A stretch of DNA of 63,969 bases, filler included, from Trypethelium eluteriae (Eukaryota), in NCBI GenBank assembly GCA_051942245.1. It is 5 parts of 5 records of this genome, joined end to end, with 100 filler letters (N's around TTAATTAATTAA, not from the genome) between each part and the next. Parts side by side here need not be neighbours in the genome. Positions count along the whole stretch, not along the records: positions 1 to 12,984 come from JAVECL010000747.1; 4 more parts are not named here. One strand, given 5' to 3'. Each line of letters begins with the position of its first letter. The first letter of the stretch is position 1. Under the pieces are notes generated by a model. That model searched no databases. It was not told the DNA's origin and saw only the letters and a program-made list of their open reading frames with translations. The position numbers were made by a program, and so were the translations under genes. Of the stretch, positions 1 through 12,027 are shown piece by piece.

Positions 1-409
1 GGGGAGGGCGGTGGACGGGGGAAAAAGAAGGCGAGGGCTAGTAATGGAGGGGAGGCATGACAGGATGTCCTAATGTTTGTAAGATAGGAAGAGCAAGAAA
101 GAAGTGCTCCGGTGCTGTATTAGTCCCAAACTCCTACGAAAGTACAGAGTCTCGAAATCATGTACTACATATGCATGTCTTCAAGCATGTGGCTCCCTAT
201 GGCTTGGACCAATGTCTTGCATATGAGAGCAGACTCTGAAAGATCCATTGCTTGTTCGATTCAATCTAACAATATGTTCCTAGCTAGGCCTTGACCCAAG
301 TCTAGTACTAGGCCAACGAGTCTTTTCTCGGCCTTTCAAAGCGGCCCTTGAGGCCTCTAATAGCCCTTTAAAATCTCTGTTTTCCATGTTATTCCTCCTC
401 TCTTCGCTT

Positions 410-727
410 CTAAAACTGTTCCTCCCGAACCAATCTAACTCTTACCGGACCTCTCACTTCTTCCAATCCCCTCTCCCTCCCCACCACCTCCCCTCTCTGC
501 AAAACCTCAACCTGTCCCTCATCCCTCAAACGAAACACTAGCTCTCGCATTGTAGGCATCAGATCCCGCCAGTGAGAAGCACCAAGGTCAGCGAGTTCAG
601 ACAATGAGAGGGCGCGTGGGATTTCTGAGGGGCAGGCAGTTTTGGGATGGGCGCGTTGGTAGAGAAGATCAAACAAGCGGTTTTTGAGCAGGGGATCCGA
701 GCAAATGGAGGAGATTCCGTTGGTCAT
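410..727 (-). CDS. DUF3253-family small winged-helix-like protein
   Basis: 105-aa intronless ORF with KTACPSEIPR...WRDLMPTMR...G.VEVLQRG...VRGPVRVRL, the typical DUF3253 pattern. Confidence 0.8.
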   Translation of the reverse strand: MTNGISSICSDPLLKNRLFDLLYQRAHPKTACPSEIPRALSLSELADLGASHWRDLMPTMRELVFRLRDEGQVEVLQRGEVVGRERGLEEVRGPVRVRLVREEQF

Positions 728-2078
728 GGTGGTAGTGCCGCTGATGAGGGTACCTAGTAATAAGGCATAAACAGAGTTACATGGATTTTGTGCTGGCGTA
801 TGCCCTTTTGAACATGCAAGGAGATCATATCAACGTTGTCGCTCTAAAGGCCGCGAAGTCCGTGGGGGCTTTCAGTCAGGTTGTTTAAATGTTAAGAAGC
901 ATAACATCTGCCGTTACTCCAGTCGTCGCTAAATCCGATGCTGCAGTTGCACTGGGAAACTTCGAACAGAACTCAGGGATAAAAACAAAATGGGGTTGAC
1001 TTCTATGGAGAGCTGCGACCCAGATCTAAGGAGCCGAGCTCTTGATCTATTGAAAAAGCCGTCTGCTCCTCATTCGATCCAAGGGATTATCGATCACTCG
1101 ACACTACTACGGAAACATGACCACTGAAAAGTGCCAAACTCGAAGTCTACATTGATTGCCCGCCGTGAGGGTTCCCTTGCTGCAACCGAGCTGTTTGACT
1201 CTCAGGCACTCGGCACGTAGACCGTTTGTTATCAGTAACGTTTTTTCTCGGCGAAGCCAAAGGATAGTTCAGAGTTCATGACAAATCCTTGTTCTAGTGC
1301 CAGTGCGGAATGAAGATAGGGGTCAGCTGTCGTACTATCCCCTAATAAGATGTCGCAAAAGTTTCCGAGCTCAACCCATGGCATAATAGATGAAATAGTG
1401 CGTCCATATGTCATGTCCGGCTTGAAAGCTCATGGATACTTGGCTCGGAAATTACTCTAGCCATGTAATATAACGTCACTAGTGTCGATCGAGCTGAGAA
1501 CGCATACCCAGAATCCAACTACTGACGAACTGGCGTTTGCCGTGGAGTGCTCCAGCCTATCGAATTCAGATTTGGAATACGAGGCATGAGATGCGTCACT
1601 GCGCATTCTCGAGCGCCCTGCGAAATACCACTTCTCCCTTTGTCCCTTCGTGGCAAGAAATAGAACTGCGAACTATGGAGTTCCAGCGACAAGACCAGAA
1701 AGCGGTCGAATTTAGCTGTTGGACAGGTACCTCGAGACAGTATTCAACTCTGGAGGATACCGGATCTTCTCTGTGGCCGGACGAACTACCATGAGACGGC
1801 CAGCCATGAGTCAAAGCTCGGCTCATTCCTTGATCTGCCTTAAGCCGATTCCCCACCGGTGATTCCAAGCGCAGTTATGTCTGCCCCTAATTGAAGTAAG
1901 AACGTTGTTGGTTAGTGGTTCATTCTACTTCATTCAGTAAGTTGTCATATTTTTACTTCAACGTCTAAACTTATATTTAAAGCGGCCTCGCTCTTTTCGC
2001 TGTGCTTATCTGGGAAGAGATTTTTTTTCGAGACATAGATCCCTCTTTCCTCCCTGTCAGTAAGAAATCGATTCCAGA

Positions 2079-2963
2079 ATGTCTCAATCGAGGACAGTCC
2101 TGATTACAGGCTGTTCCTTAAATGGTCTTGGGGACTATCTTGCTCGAACTTTTCATGCAAAGGGGCTACGAGTTATCGCCACCGCTCGTAATTTGTCGAA
2201 AATGGCCCATCTGGAGAAATTGGGTATCGAGACTCTTGAGTTGGACGTCACTTCTTTGGAATCCTGTTCAGAATGCGTCGACATCGTTACCAAGCTCACT
2301 GGTGGCTCCCTTGATATTTTAGTCAACAATGCCGGAGGCGGTTACTACATGCCACTCATGGACGTGGATATCGACAGAGCAAAGCAGATCTATGAAACCA
2401 ACGTCTGGGGCGTTTTACGAGTGACACAGGCGTTCATTCCTTTGTTACGGAATTCCACACACTCCAACGGAGCCATGGTGGTGAACCAGACTTCCATCGT
2501 ATCTGTCATCAATAGCCCCTTTGGCGGATCGTATAACAGCAGCAAGGCCGCTGCCGCCATGATTTCCGACACGTTGCGTCTCGAGCTCAAGCCCTTCGGC
2601 ATCAAAGTCATCGACCTCAAGACCGGGACCGTGGCGTCAGAGTTTTGGACGAACCAGTCTTCAAACTGGCAACTGAAATTGCCCGCGAATTCAATGTATC
2701 AGCCAGCTAAGGACTTGGTGGAGAAGATGATTAACGAGGGTCCCTTTGGCATGAGATTGATGCCGCAAGACATATGGGCGGAGAGAGTTGTTGGTGATTT
2801 ATTGAAGCCGAGTCCTAGTCCACGTATCTGGCGAGGCTATGAGGCGACTTTGTGTTGGTTCTTCTCTGCACTTCTCCCATTTACTTGGAGAGATGGCATG
2901 TTGATGAGAATGCATAGATTTGATATCTTGAGCAAAAGTCTGCAGCTTGTGAAGAGACAGTGA
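2079..2963 (+). CDS. Short-chain dehydrogenase/reductase, AYR1-like (1-acyl-DHAP reductase family)
   Basis: VLITGCSLNGLG Rossmann motif, LVNNAG, catalytic YNSSK, LRLELKPFGIKV. Confidence 0.85.
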   Translation: MSQSRTVLITGCSLNGLGDYLARTFHAKGLRVIATARNLSKMAHLEKLGIETLELDVTSLESCSECVDIVTKLTGGSLDILVNNAGGGYYMPLMDVDIDRAKQIYETNVWGVLRVTQAFIPLLRNSTHSNGAMVVNQTSIVSVINSPFGGSYNSSKAAAAMISDTLRLELKPFGIKVIDLKTGTVASEFWTNQSSNWQLKLPANSMYQPAKDLVEKMINEGPFGMRLMPQDIWAERVVGDLLKPSPSPRIWRGYEATLCWFFSALLPFTWRDGMLMRMHRFDILSKSLQLVKRQ

Positions 2964-3457
2964 GATCTGGATAACGCGAACGAGCAGGCTTCCACTACTT
3001 TTCAAATTCGCGTGTACAATCCTAGTACGTCCTTATCTCATGGCAAATTGGCCCATTCGGCATTTATATGTAGTTATCAGTCTTGATAAATTCGGATGCA
3101 GGTCTCGAATGACGACATTGTTCCTTTAGCCTCCTTCAATGAATAGATTGTCATCGTATGGGAGGTCTTCAGCAAGAGGCAGAATGCTGCATGGGGCGGG
3201 AAACCCTCATTGTGGAGAACTCTGTATAGTTCTCTCCTTACAGACTTGATTGTGTGATTATTGAAATCAATAGACCTAGATTGCTATGACCTTCGACACG
3301 GAAATTTTGATCGCCCAGCGGAGGGTGGTGGTTAAGGTAGGATGGAGATCGAGTCGGCGCGGACAGGAAGCGACCTTCAGCAAATAAGATACTCCGCTCG
3401 GGCCGAGATGCGTTACCACGAAAATTTGTATCAGATCACCACCTCCTTCCTAAAATC

Positions 3458-5080
3458 ATGGCTGTGCCAGTTGAGCGCTTGCAGCCTCTGAAGCTTCCTC
3501 CCGGTCCTGCACCTCTGACCACGGATCAACGCTACTGGCGCAGCTTCAAGTCGCAACAGTTAGTACCCACACCGCACTCCAGTCCCGTCACACATATCTC
3601 GTTTCCTTCCGCACCCTCGAACCCCCTTGCACTTACGACCGCCTCGACGGACACCTTCGCTGTCACTTCTGGCGCTCGCATACAGATCTTCAGCTCTCGT
3701 ACTCGGCGTCTTCTTCGCGCGATTACCCGATTCGGACCCGACGATCATGCGTATAGCGGCTCAATCCGACGAGATGGCCGCGTGCTTATAGCCGGAAGCG
3801 AAAGCGGTGCGATACAAGCATTCGATATCAACTCGAGAGCGATTTTGAAGACATGGAGGGAGCACAAACAGCCTGTGTGGGTGACAAAATGGTGTCCGCA
3901 GGGGGATTTGACAGCTGCTATGAGCTGCAGCGATGATCGCACGGTCAGATTATGGGACTTGCCTAGCGAAGAGAGTCAATGGACCGGAGTCGGTCATGGC
4001 GACTACGTAAGATGTGGGGAGTTTATGCCTGGTCAGGGATCCGGGAATTTGTTGGTATCTGGAAGCTATGATCAAACCGTTAGGCTGTGGGATTCAAGAG
4101 CTGGAGCGAAGGCTGCCATGATTTTCCAGCATGCGTCAACCGTAGAGAGTGTGTTGCCTATGCCGGGTGGGACGACTTTACTCGCAGCGGTCGACAACCA
4201 GATCAATGTACTGGATCTAGTTGCGGCTAAACCACTGGAAAGATTACAAAACCATCAAAAGACAGTAACAAGTTTATGTCTGGCAAGCAATGGGACAAGA
4301 GTCCTGAGCGGAGCATTGGATGGGCACGTTAAAGTTTTTGAGACGATGAATTGGAGTGTCGTGGCTGGACTGAAATACAGCTCTCCTGTGCTCTCACTGT
4401 GTGTCGTCGGCGCAGGCGTCAGCCGTGAAGATCGGCATTTGGCTGTAGGGTTACACTCTGGTGTCATGTCCATACGCACGAGGCTTTCAGGACAGCAGAA
4501 AGTCCAAGCTAGGGAAAAAGAAAAGGAGATCAAAGCACTCATTGAAGGGACGACAGAGCAATTGGATCGAAAGAAGTCGAAAAGGAGGAAGAAACAAGAA
4601 CGTATCTTGCGAGGCAAAGACTTTACTGGGGAGGGTGTCGATATTGTGATTGACGGAAATTCAAGAGGCAAAGTCAAGAAAGGAACACCATGGGAGAAAG
4701 CGCTCAGGGAGGGCCGATATGCCTCGGCGTTGGACCTCGTTATTAATGCGCAACCTCACTCGAAGCAGAATACACTAACTCTTATAACCGCTCTCCGACA
4801 CCGATCAGCCTTACGAACAGCACTGAAAGGACGTAATGAGGAGGAACTCGAGCCGATTCTCAAGTGGTTAAACAAAATTGTCAAGGACCCACGCCACATC
4901 AAACTTACAAGCGACGTTGGTTTTCTAATATTGGACTTGTACGCACAACACCTGGGCGAGGCCCCCATGATCGATAAACTCGTCAAGAAGCTACACACCG
5001 CCGTTCGATCAAGTGCAGAATACTCGCAGCAGGCACACTCCACCCTTGGTATGCTTGATCTCCTCACTGCTGGAACATGA
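3458..5080 (+). CDS. UTP15: U3 snoRNA-associated protein 15 (WD40 plus UTP15_C)
   Basis: N-terminal TTDQRYWRSFK, WD40 repeats (SCSDDRTVRLWD, SGSYDQTVRLWD), C-terminal LRHRSALRTAL.GR helical domain. Confidence 0.93.
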   Translation: MAVPVERLQPLKLPPGPAPLTTDQRYWRSFKSQQLVPTPHSSPVTHISFPSAPSNPLALTTASTDTFAVTSGARIQIFSSRTRRLLRAITRFGPDDHAYSGSIRRDGRVLIAGSESGAIQAFDINSRAILKTWREHKQPVWVTKWCPQGDLTAAMSCSDDRTVRLWDLPSEESQWTGVGHGDYVRCGEFMPGQGSGNLLVSGSYDQTVRLWDSRAGAKAAMIFQHASTVESVLPMPGGTTLLAAVDNQINVLDLVAAKPLERLQNHQKTVTSLCLASNGTRVLSGALDGHVKVFETMNWSVVAGLKYSSPVLSLCVVGAGVSREDRHLAVGLHSGVMSIRTRLSGQQKVQAREKEKEIKALIEGTTEQLDRKKSKRRKKQERILRGKDFTGEGVDIVIDGNSRGKVKKGTPWEKALREGRYASALDLVINAQPHSKQNTLTLITALRHRSALRTALKGRNEEELEPILKWLNKIVKDPRHIKLTSDVGFLILDLYAQHLGEAPMIDKLVKKLHTAVRSSAEYSQQAHSTLGMLDLLTAGT

Positions 5081-5212
5081 ATTGCACATTTTCCGCGTTG
5101 TGATCAACTCATGGATTATCCTCTTCCCGTCCTCGAACGAGCGTCTAGGCGGTTGCAAATGCCCTGGATGACACAAATGCAGTATGAATGCACAAGGGAT
5201 TTGATCCTCATT

Positions 5213-6043
5213 CTATGTTCTTCCAGTGGAGTCTATTAATCCGCCGTCAACCACCAACTCTTGTCCGGTCACATACGACGCTTCGTCGCTCGCGAAGAAT
5301 AGGGCTGCGTTCGCTACATCCCAAGCACTTCCCATACGTCCCATTGGTACCTGCGCGTCTCTAGTCTTCCTGAATCCGTTATAATCACCGCCGGCATATT
5401 TGTCCGCGAGTATTTTTACCAACGGTGTGTCAATCAGCCCCGGCACCACCGTATTCAGTCGTATCAATGGCCCACCCTGTGCGTGCCGCTGGCCATACAG
5501 TACTGCTGTCGTTTTGCAGAACTGTATCAAAGCAGCCTTCGTTGCCGCGTATGCAACCTGTGGTTTTCCAATATAGCGCAGTCCTGCCACCGACGATATA
5601 CAAATCACATTTCCTCCGGTGCTCTGCTTCTCCATAATCGGCAGCGCAAGATGCGTCATCAAATACACCGACTTCAGATTGACGTCCACCTGCGCGTCCC
5701 ACACATCCTCCGCCATCTCTGCTGGGCCCCCTGGCTCGCTCTTCCCAACGTTGTTCACCAGAATGTCGATCCGTCCATGCTTCGCCATGCACGCATCTAC
5801 GAGCGCCTTCGCGGATTCGGCGTTCGTGACGTTAGCAGAAACGCATGTCACGGTTGCTTCGGGTGCTTTGGATTTGATCTGCGCAACGCCGGTCTCGCCG
5901 AGCTCGGGTCGTATGTCACAGCCGAATATGGTGGCGCCGCGTTGGGCGAAGAGCGTCGCAATGCTAGTACCGTTGCCCCACCCGTCAGCGCGAGCGGAGC
6001 CGATGCCGGTTATGAGGACGATTTTGTTCGTGAGGTCGTGCAT
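5213..6043 (-). CDS. Short-chain dehydrogenase/reductase (FabG-like)
   Basis: Likely start MHDLTNKIVLITGIGS at 6043; GWGNG, LVNNVG, YAATK, PGLIDTP, GQELVVDGG; intronless. Confidence 0.88.
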   Translation of the reverse strand: MHDLTNKIVLITGIGSARADGWGNGTSIATLFAQRGATIFGCDIRPELGETGVAQIKSKAPEATVTCVSANVTNAESAKALVDACMAKHGRIDILVNNVGKSEPGGPAEMAEDVWDAQVDVNLKSVYLMTHLALPIMEKQSTGGNVICISSVAGLRYIGKPQVAYAATKAALIQFCKTTAVLYGQRHAQGGPLIRLNTVVPGLIDTPLVKILADKYAGGDYNGFRKTRDAQVPMGRMGSAWDVANAALFFASDEASYVTGQELVVDGGLIDSTGRT

Positions 6044-6690
6044 TGGCAGTGGAGAGCGTGGGGTAAGGTGGGCGCTCAGAGATGGCAAGTTAGAGAAGAG
6101 AGGTATTTCGCGAAGAATGTATGGTAATTGAGACGCCGAAAATGTCGAAGAATTGTAGTGACTATAGTAAATGAATAGATACCTAGATAGACCCCAAGAA
6201 TGCACTGAAGCCAAAGAATGAAATTATTAAAGCTGCTCCTGAAATGTTATTGTCGACTACACCGCGGAAAATTGTCCGTCGCGACCACTCTATGGCGGGG
6301 TCGTGGGGTTGAGCAAGTTCCTGTCGGGAGAAATGTTAGCGGGCAATGATCTCATCCATACGGACACGACGGAGTAGATTTGCCTTCTTCAGAATTGTGT
6401 GGTACCTTAATGGTAGTCACGACATTCAATGATAAAACTTTCGATCACCCCTTCAGCTACTTTCATTACTTTACCCTTGCGTTTGATCTGGTTAAGTACG
6501 GAGTACTGCGTTCAAAGAAATAGATGATATGACAAAAATGCTTGCATGAACGCACGGCTAGACTACATCTCACGTCAATCCATGCGGCCTTAGGATCCAG
6601 TATCGGATGCATAACCTAATATGCTCCAGCTCGTTCCATCAGTGTTCTTGATAGCCGATTTCGGCAAACCTGAGCTTACATGGTATCCGT

Positions 6691-8639
6691 CTACACGATG
6701 CCTGCTAGACCAGGTATTCTCCCCCGACCACGCCCTCGAATTTGATTTAGGGAGCGAGCATTTCTTGCGGGACTTTGTCTCTGCACAGCGATGGGTTTTA
6801 TCTGTGACCTCCTCAAAGACACGACAAGATCCCGGTCCTGGTTTCGGGGCATATCAGCAAAGACTGGGGAGCCATACGTCACTAATACCACTTTCACAAC
6901 AGTCTTGACGCTGTGCTCAGCAATCTTCCGGAAGAGATCTATGAACGTGGTCGAGCTCGAAAAGCTCCCTGCATCGCCCAGCGATGTCGGACAAATGAGC
7001 TCCACATCGATTATGATAAATAGCCGTGACATCCCAGTGAGGACTGAACCCAGAAGATCAAACCAATCTTCTTCAGTTGTGGCGTCTTCAAATCGCGCCC
7101 TATTCAACGAAATGCTGTGCTCGGTCCTTAGCGCTGAATTTATCTGTAGCGCTTGAGCTACGAGGCACTCAAGTATTTGGATGCTCGGAAATTTGTGGGC
7201 ATTGTCTTCCACACCCTTCAATGCCCAAAGCACGGGGGTTCCTGACTCTTGAAGGAGTTGAACAATGTTCACGCAGAAGTCCCTGATTTCGAATCGTCGT
7301 TGAAACGTTCCCCTGACCATGATGAGAGCCGAGCAGTCTGATTTGGCCCATTTTTGAAATCGAGGAGCGAACCAGAAAGGCTCGGTATGTGCCAAGGGTT
7401 TAAGTCTTCGTGCATTTCGCATGGCCACACCAAATTCGAGAACCTTCGCTGGCGATATTACAGTTCTTGCGGTAACGTACTTCATTATCTGTGACCATTG
7501 CCAATCTGATAAGCGATGATTAGTATCAAGCTGTGCGGTGAAATTGATTGATTGATGCGCTACCGCATCGGTTAGCTCGAGGTCAGCTGAAACAGTGACT
7601 GAAGGCATACTAATCATCAGTTGCTTCATTTCTAGAAGGAGACCTTCGGACTGCTTTTGAGCGGCAATCACTTCCTGAAGTTTGAGGTGCATATCTCGTT
7701 GCTCGGCTTGGGCGGCGGCGGAAGCCAGAATCTCAACTGTATGAGAACATCTTTTCACGTCATCCATAATGTCCTGGTACCGGATCTCCACCGGCCTTGT
7801 GACTGAATGAATTGCATGTTTGAACCTGCCCTCGTTATACCAATCGTATGCTCGGATGAGTAAACGAAGGATGAGAGCATAAAGCTCAGCTACAGCGTGC
7901 TTCATTCTTTTTGTCGGGTATAGAACAAGCACAAGTTTTGTTTGGGGTAAGGAACCTGCGATTTCGGCCAAGGCTTGCGCTACAAAAGCCAGCGTCGTAT
8001 CATGGTTCACAACAGCCTGTCAATCTAGGTCAGTACCTCCACATCCGTCCTTATCAGATAATAGGCAATCTCATTGGGCTTGAGGCAGGATTTTGGGGCA
8101 ACTCAGGGCTGACCGAGGCTATAGGACTAGGAGGCATAACTTCGGACCATGAAAAAGTTCTCGATAGCTCACCCCAAATATGAACTTCATAGCGCCCCAT
8201 GCCAAAGAGACGTATTCGGGATGATGCTGGACAAGCACATCCATGATGTTTCCATAGTAGGTAATTCTTTTCGAACACTTCGAGAGCCAAACCCGTGTCC
8301 GCGATTTTCCACGATCAGACTCATAGTTTGTTTTCGCCTTTTCAATCTGGCCTAAGACTTCATCGATAGAATCGGATTGCTTCACAAATTGCGATTTGCG
8401 TGGGTCTCTGCTTAAGGCTGAAGCGAATACCGTGACAGCGTCACTGTAGGCTTTGCGGGCAGGCTCGAAGCATCTGTGGGTAGGCAAGTCGTTAGGCAAT
8501 CTTCCATCAAGATCCCGTGTGGTGCTGGTGACGCACAGTCTACCGCCCTGCGCATGTTCGCGCTATTGTACGGAGTAGGGACCGTGCAGACTCACATATC
8601 ATCCTGATCGGCCTCATACCAATCTGGAGCGGACTGCAT
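6691..8639 (-). CDS. DUF7708-type N-terminal domain plus degenerate NACHT-like domain protein (multi-exon)
   Basis: Exon 1 MQSAPDWY.. with GTGAGT donor; exon 2 ..YYGNIMDVLVQHHPEYVSLAWGAMKFIF; intron; AVVNHDT..; a 51-nt in-frame intron at 7560-7610; C-terminal F..W.......LIMVRG strand lacking GxGK(S/T), with Walker-B-like FIIID. Confidence 0.72.
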
Positions 8640-9065
8640 CTTACGGAAAATCCATTCATCTAACAGAAGTATCCTGCATCACCTTCAAAAGCATGTAACT
8701 TTAGTTAAAAGACCAGATCGATCCACGCTCCTAACGCCATGGCGCTACGCTTCACTCTAGGGCCTCAGTTGCGTCGGGATCGCCTTGGGGTTTCAATCTC
8801 AGCCTCGCGCGCAGCCTTGTATACCCCGCCACACCTGGTATAGGCTTGTATGAAATGGGACGCACTACTGCCCGCTCAAGGCTTCACAGCCTCGTCGCAG
8901 ACGAAATCCAGCTTCACTCTACGTTTATGCTCCAAGAACACGCGATCTCTTACACGCTCTCTTACAAGATGGAATGACAACACCAAAGGAGGCCGACACA
9001 AAGCCCTTCGTCAGTTACGGATACCCGTCCAAGCATACTTTCATATCTCCTTCTCGAAAAGCTGC

Positions 9066-12027
9066 ATGACTACCGCTGCCTCTACTAGTCGACGCCTAAC
9101 TCGAGACAACCTTAGAGCCAGTTCAAGCTTCTACTCGTGCAGTGGCCATTGGAGCACTGAGGCTCTCTCCAACGGCTATTGCTCGCACGAGGCGAAATCG
9201 CGGAAACGTGGTGACAGTACCGATTCTTCCCTCTCCAATGGTGCTACCGTTGTAGTGGATGCGGAATCGGGAGTAGACGCCAGTGAAGTCGACAGAGACG
9301 CGGAGAAAGTAGCACAAGTTCAGCCTGAAGAGCCCACCGACTCGCTACAGAAAGCGCAATTGGTGTTATGGCAATTCCTGCGCCATTATACAATATCAAG
9401 AGATCAGACAAGTGGGAGCAGTTTCCATCTTGAATTACTAGCTGCTCTGAAAGAGAAGACTTGCCAAGCGTCGCAATCTGGTGATCACACCCAGTCCCAA
9501 TCGTCTCAGCATCCTGAGGGCCGAGAAGAACCAAAAAAGACCAGGCCTCGACAATCCTCAACCCGAAACGTGAATCCTCGACCCCTCTCTCGCAGATCAC
9601 CCCCTGCAGCCCCATCTCATCCCCGGAATACTGAGAGCCGCGTTCGTATTATTGTGTCTCAGTCTTCCGATTCATCGAGCGACTCGGATTCTTCGCAACG
9701 CGCTCTTGATCCGAAATTGTTTCGTTCAACAAACGCTGGCAAAGGCGTGCTAGAAATGCCTGCCGCCAAGCAGCAGCGATTGGGTGGGGATGCTCGCGCA
9801 TCAGGAGCAGAACCAGGGCAGGAAGCTCACTCCATGCAGGATCTCCTTGAGAAGGTTCGGGCCCTTGAGACTGAGAATGCACAGCTTAAGGATCAGTCTG
9901 GTAGTGACAAGGTCAACGGTCAAGTCGCGCCTGCAAGCAAGCCTTACACCTACAAAGTGGTCTACAGAATTGACCGCAACCGCTACTATTTCAACGAGCC
10001 TGAATGGAGCGACAACGATGCCTCGAACCATACCTTACTCGGAAGATCTCCTATAAAGGATCTGGATCTCTACCTTGAGCGGCATAGGGAAGTAGCATTC
10101 ATCGTCTGCAAAGACTATTCGCGCTCCAGGAAATCGGATCCAGACAAAGCGGAGAACAATGAAATCGGGGATATTCCAAAAGCCAGTCACGAATTTATTG
10201 AGATCAATTCGGAAGACATGGCCGAGGGTCTTCGTCTTCTTTTAAGCAGTATCCCGGACTTCCCTACGCTCTTCCCATCGTTTGACGTCAAGTCTGAACT
10301 TCCTGCACCTTACTTGTTCATGTATCATGTCTTGCCCCTTTTGCCAGAAAAGCTTCCTCAATTGTCTTCGCTGCATCAAGAGCTATTGTCATTGCTTGTA
10401 GAGTTCATCAAGAGCAACTACATTCAGGAGTATCAGACTGCTGACACCATGCGCAATGAGGGTCATGTGACAAAACGGCTTATGCAATATCTGATCAAAC
10501 CAGGCAACGTTGTAGTGGGTAAGAGAGGGCCCCACCGGGTGGCATATATTGCGACGTCGTGGGCCAAGGAGATCCAGATCTCTTCTGGAAGTACAGCGAG
10601 GTACCCCAGAAAAGAATTCCACTTCGAAGGAGAAGCTGAAAAGTTAAAGTTTGAATGGAAGGTGCAAGCCTGGACGTGGTACTTCGATGGCTCCCTCTCA
10701 AGATGGGACACTGCGCTGCACATCAACATTGAGGTTCATGATGAAGAAGAGGTGTTGAATCTATCGGAGCTTAACGTATATCCGTTGAAGAATGCAAGTG
10801 AAGAACTGGTCTCAGTTCTTCGCAAGCGCGGAGAAATGTTCTGGCAATGCAGGAAAAGGAAGTTCATTTCATACGACAAGTCGGACGATGAGTACAACGT
10901 GGTAGGCATCCGTGCTGAGGATCTCCCTGCCCGCGTTCAATGAAAAGTCCCAGCTAACGTGGCTCGTGCCTCTCCAGAGCGGTGAGCGGTTCATGGTCGA
11001 CATGCAGACATATCAAAACCTCCACTCCATTGGTGACCAATCTGAGCCTTGGGCGCAAAAGGAGCAGCGGAAGGATGACCCGGGATCGGAGCTTATGGCA
11101 AAAGACGAGACACCCGAAGGCGACTACCTATTGCTGTTTCCTCCAACTATAATTGGCTACAATATGCGGCTCAAGAAGTGGGTGGACCTCGAAGTAGATA
11201 AATTCACAGAGGTTGCTTGGAACAAGAGCTCCTTTGAAAATCTGGTTCTTGAGAATGAGACAAAAGAGCTCGTCGAGGCCCTCATCACGCACCAGATAGC
11301 AGCCGAACAGTCGACGGATCTGATCGCTGGAAAAGGCAATGGTCTCATCATGCTGTTGCACGGGGGACCTGGTACAGGGAAGACTCTTACTGCTGAAAGC
11401 GTAGCCGAGATTGCTGAAAAACCTCTCTACCGTGTCACATGTGGCGACATTGGCACAAGACCGGAGGATGTTGAAAGATATCTGGAATCGGTCCTTCATC
11501 TTGGCAAGATATGGGGCTGCTTGGTTTTGTTGGATGAGGCTGATGTCTTCCTTGAGGAGCGAACGCTGACCGACCTGAATCGAAACGCACTTGTATCCGT
11601 CTTTCTCCGAGTGCTGGAGTACTACTCGGGTATCCTCATTTTGACTTCGAATCGTGTGGGAACGTTTGATCAAGCTTTCAAATCTCGCATCCAGCTCGCG
11701 CTGCACTACGAAAACCTCACGAAAGCTCAACGCCGCAAGATCTGGCGAAATTTCTTCAGCCGACTCCGTACCCTTGACGAGCCATGCATTGACTTTGACG
11801 ACCTCCACGATAACATCGATTCACTGGCTGAGGAAGACCTCAATGGGCGACAGATCCGGAATGCCGTCACGACAGGGCGACAGCTGGCCCGGTTTCAAGG
11901 AAAAGATTTTACGCACAAACATTTGCAGCATGTCATTAAAGTTGCGGCTAAGTTTGAAAAGTACCTTCTCGACGTCAAAGAAGGCTTTTCGGATGACCAG
12001 CTGGCAAGAGATGGAGGTTTGAGGTGA
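9066..12027 (+). CDS. Fungal AAA+ ATPase (DUF7025/TOB3-like family)
   Basis: Two ORFs joined by intron 10902-10977 (GTAGGC...GCTAAC...CAG); Walker A GGPGTGKT, Walker B LLDEAD, sensor LTSNR, arginine finger AFKSRI, NGRQIRN; start codon uncertain. Confidence 0.88.

Noticed and set aside
254..263. GTTCGATTC tRNA B-box-like word
   Set aside because: No T-stem or cloverleaf around it
325..338. TTCTCGGCCTTT resembles the 5' end of U2 snRNA
   Set aside because: Not followed by GGCTAAGATCAAGTGTAGTA and no Sm site
960..1900. Short ORFs that might be a decayed gene
   Set aside because: No recognisable domain in any frame
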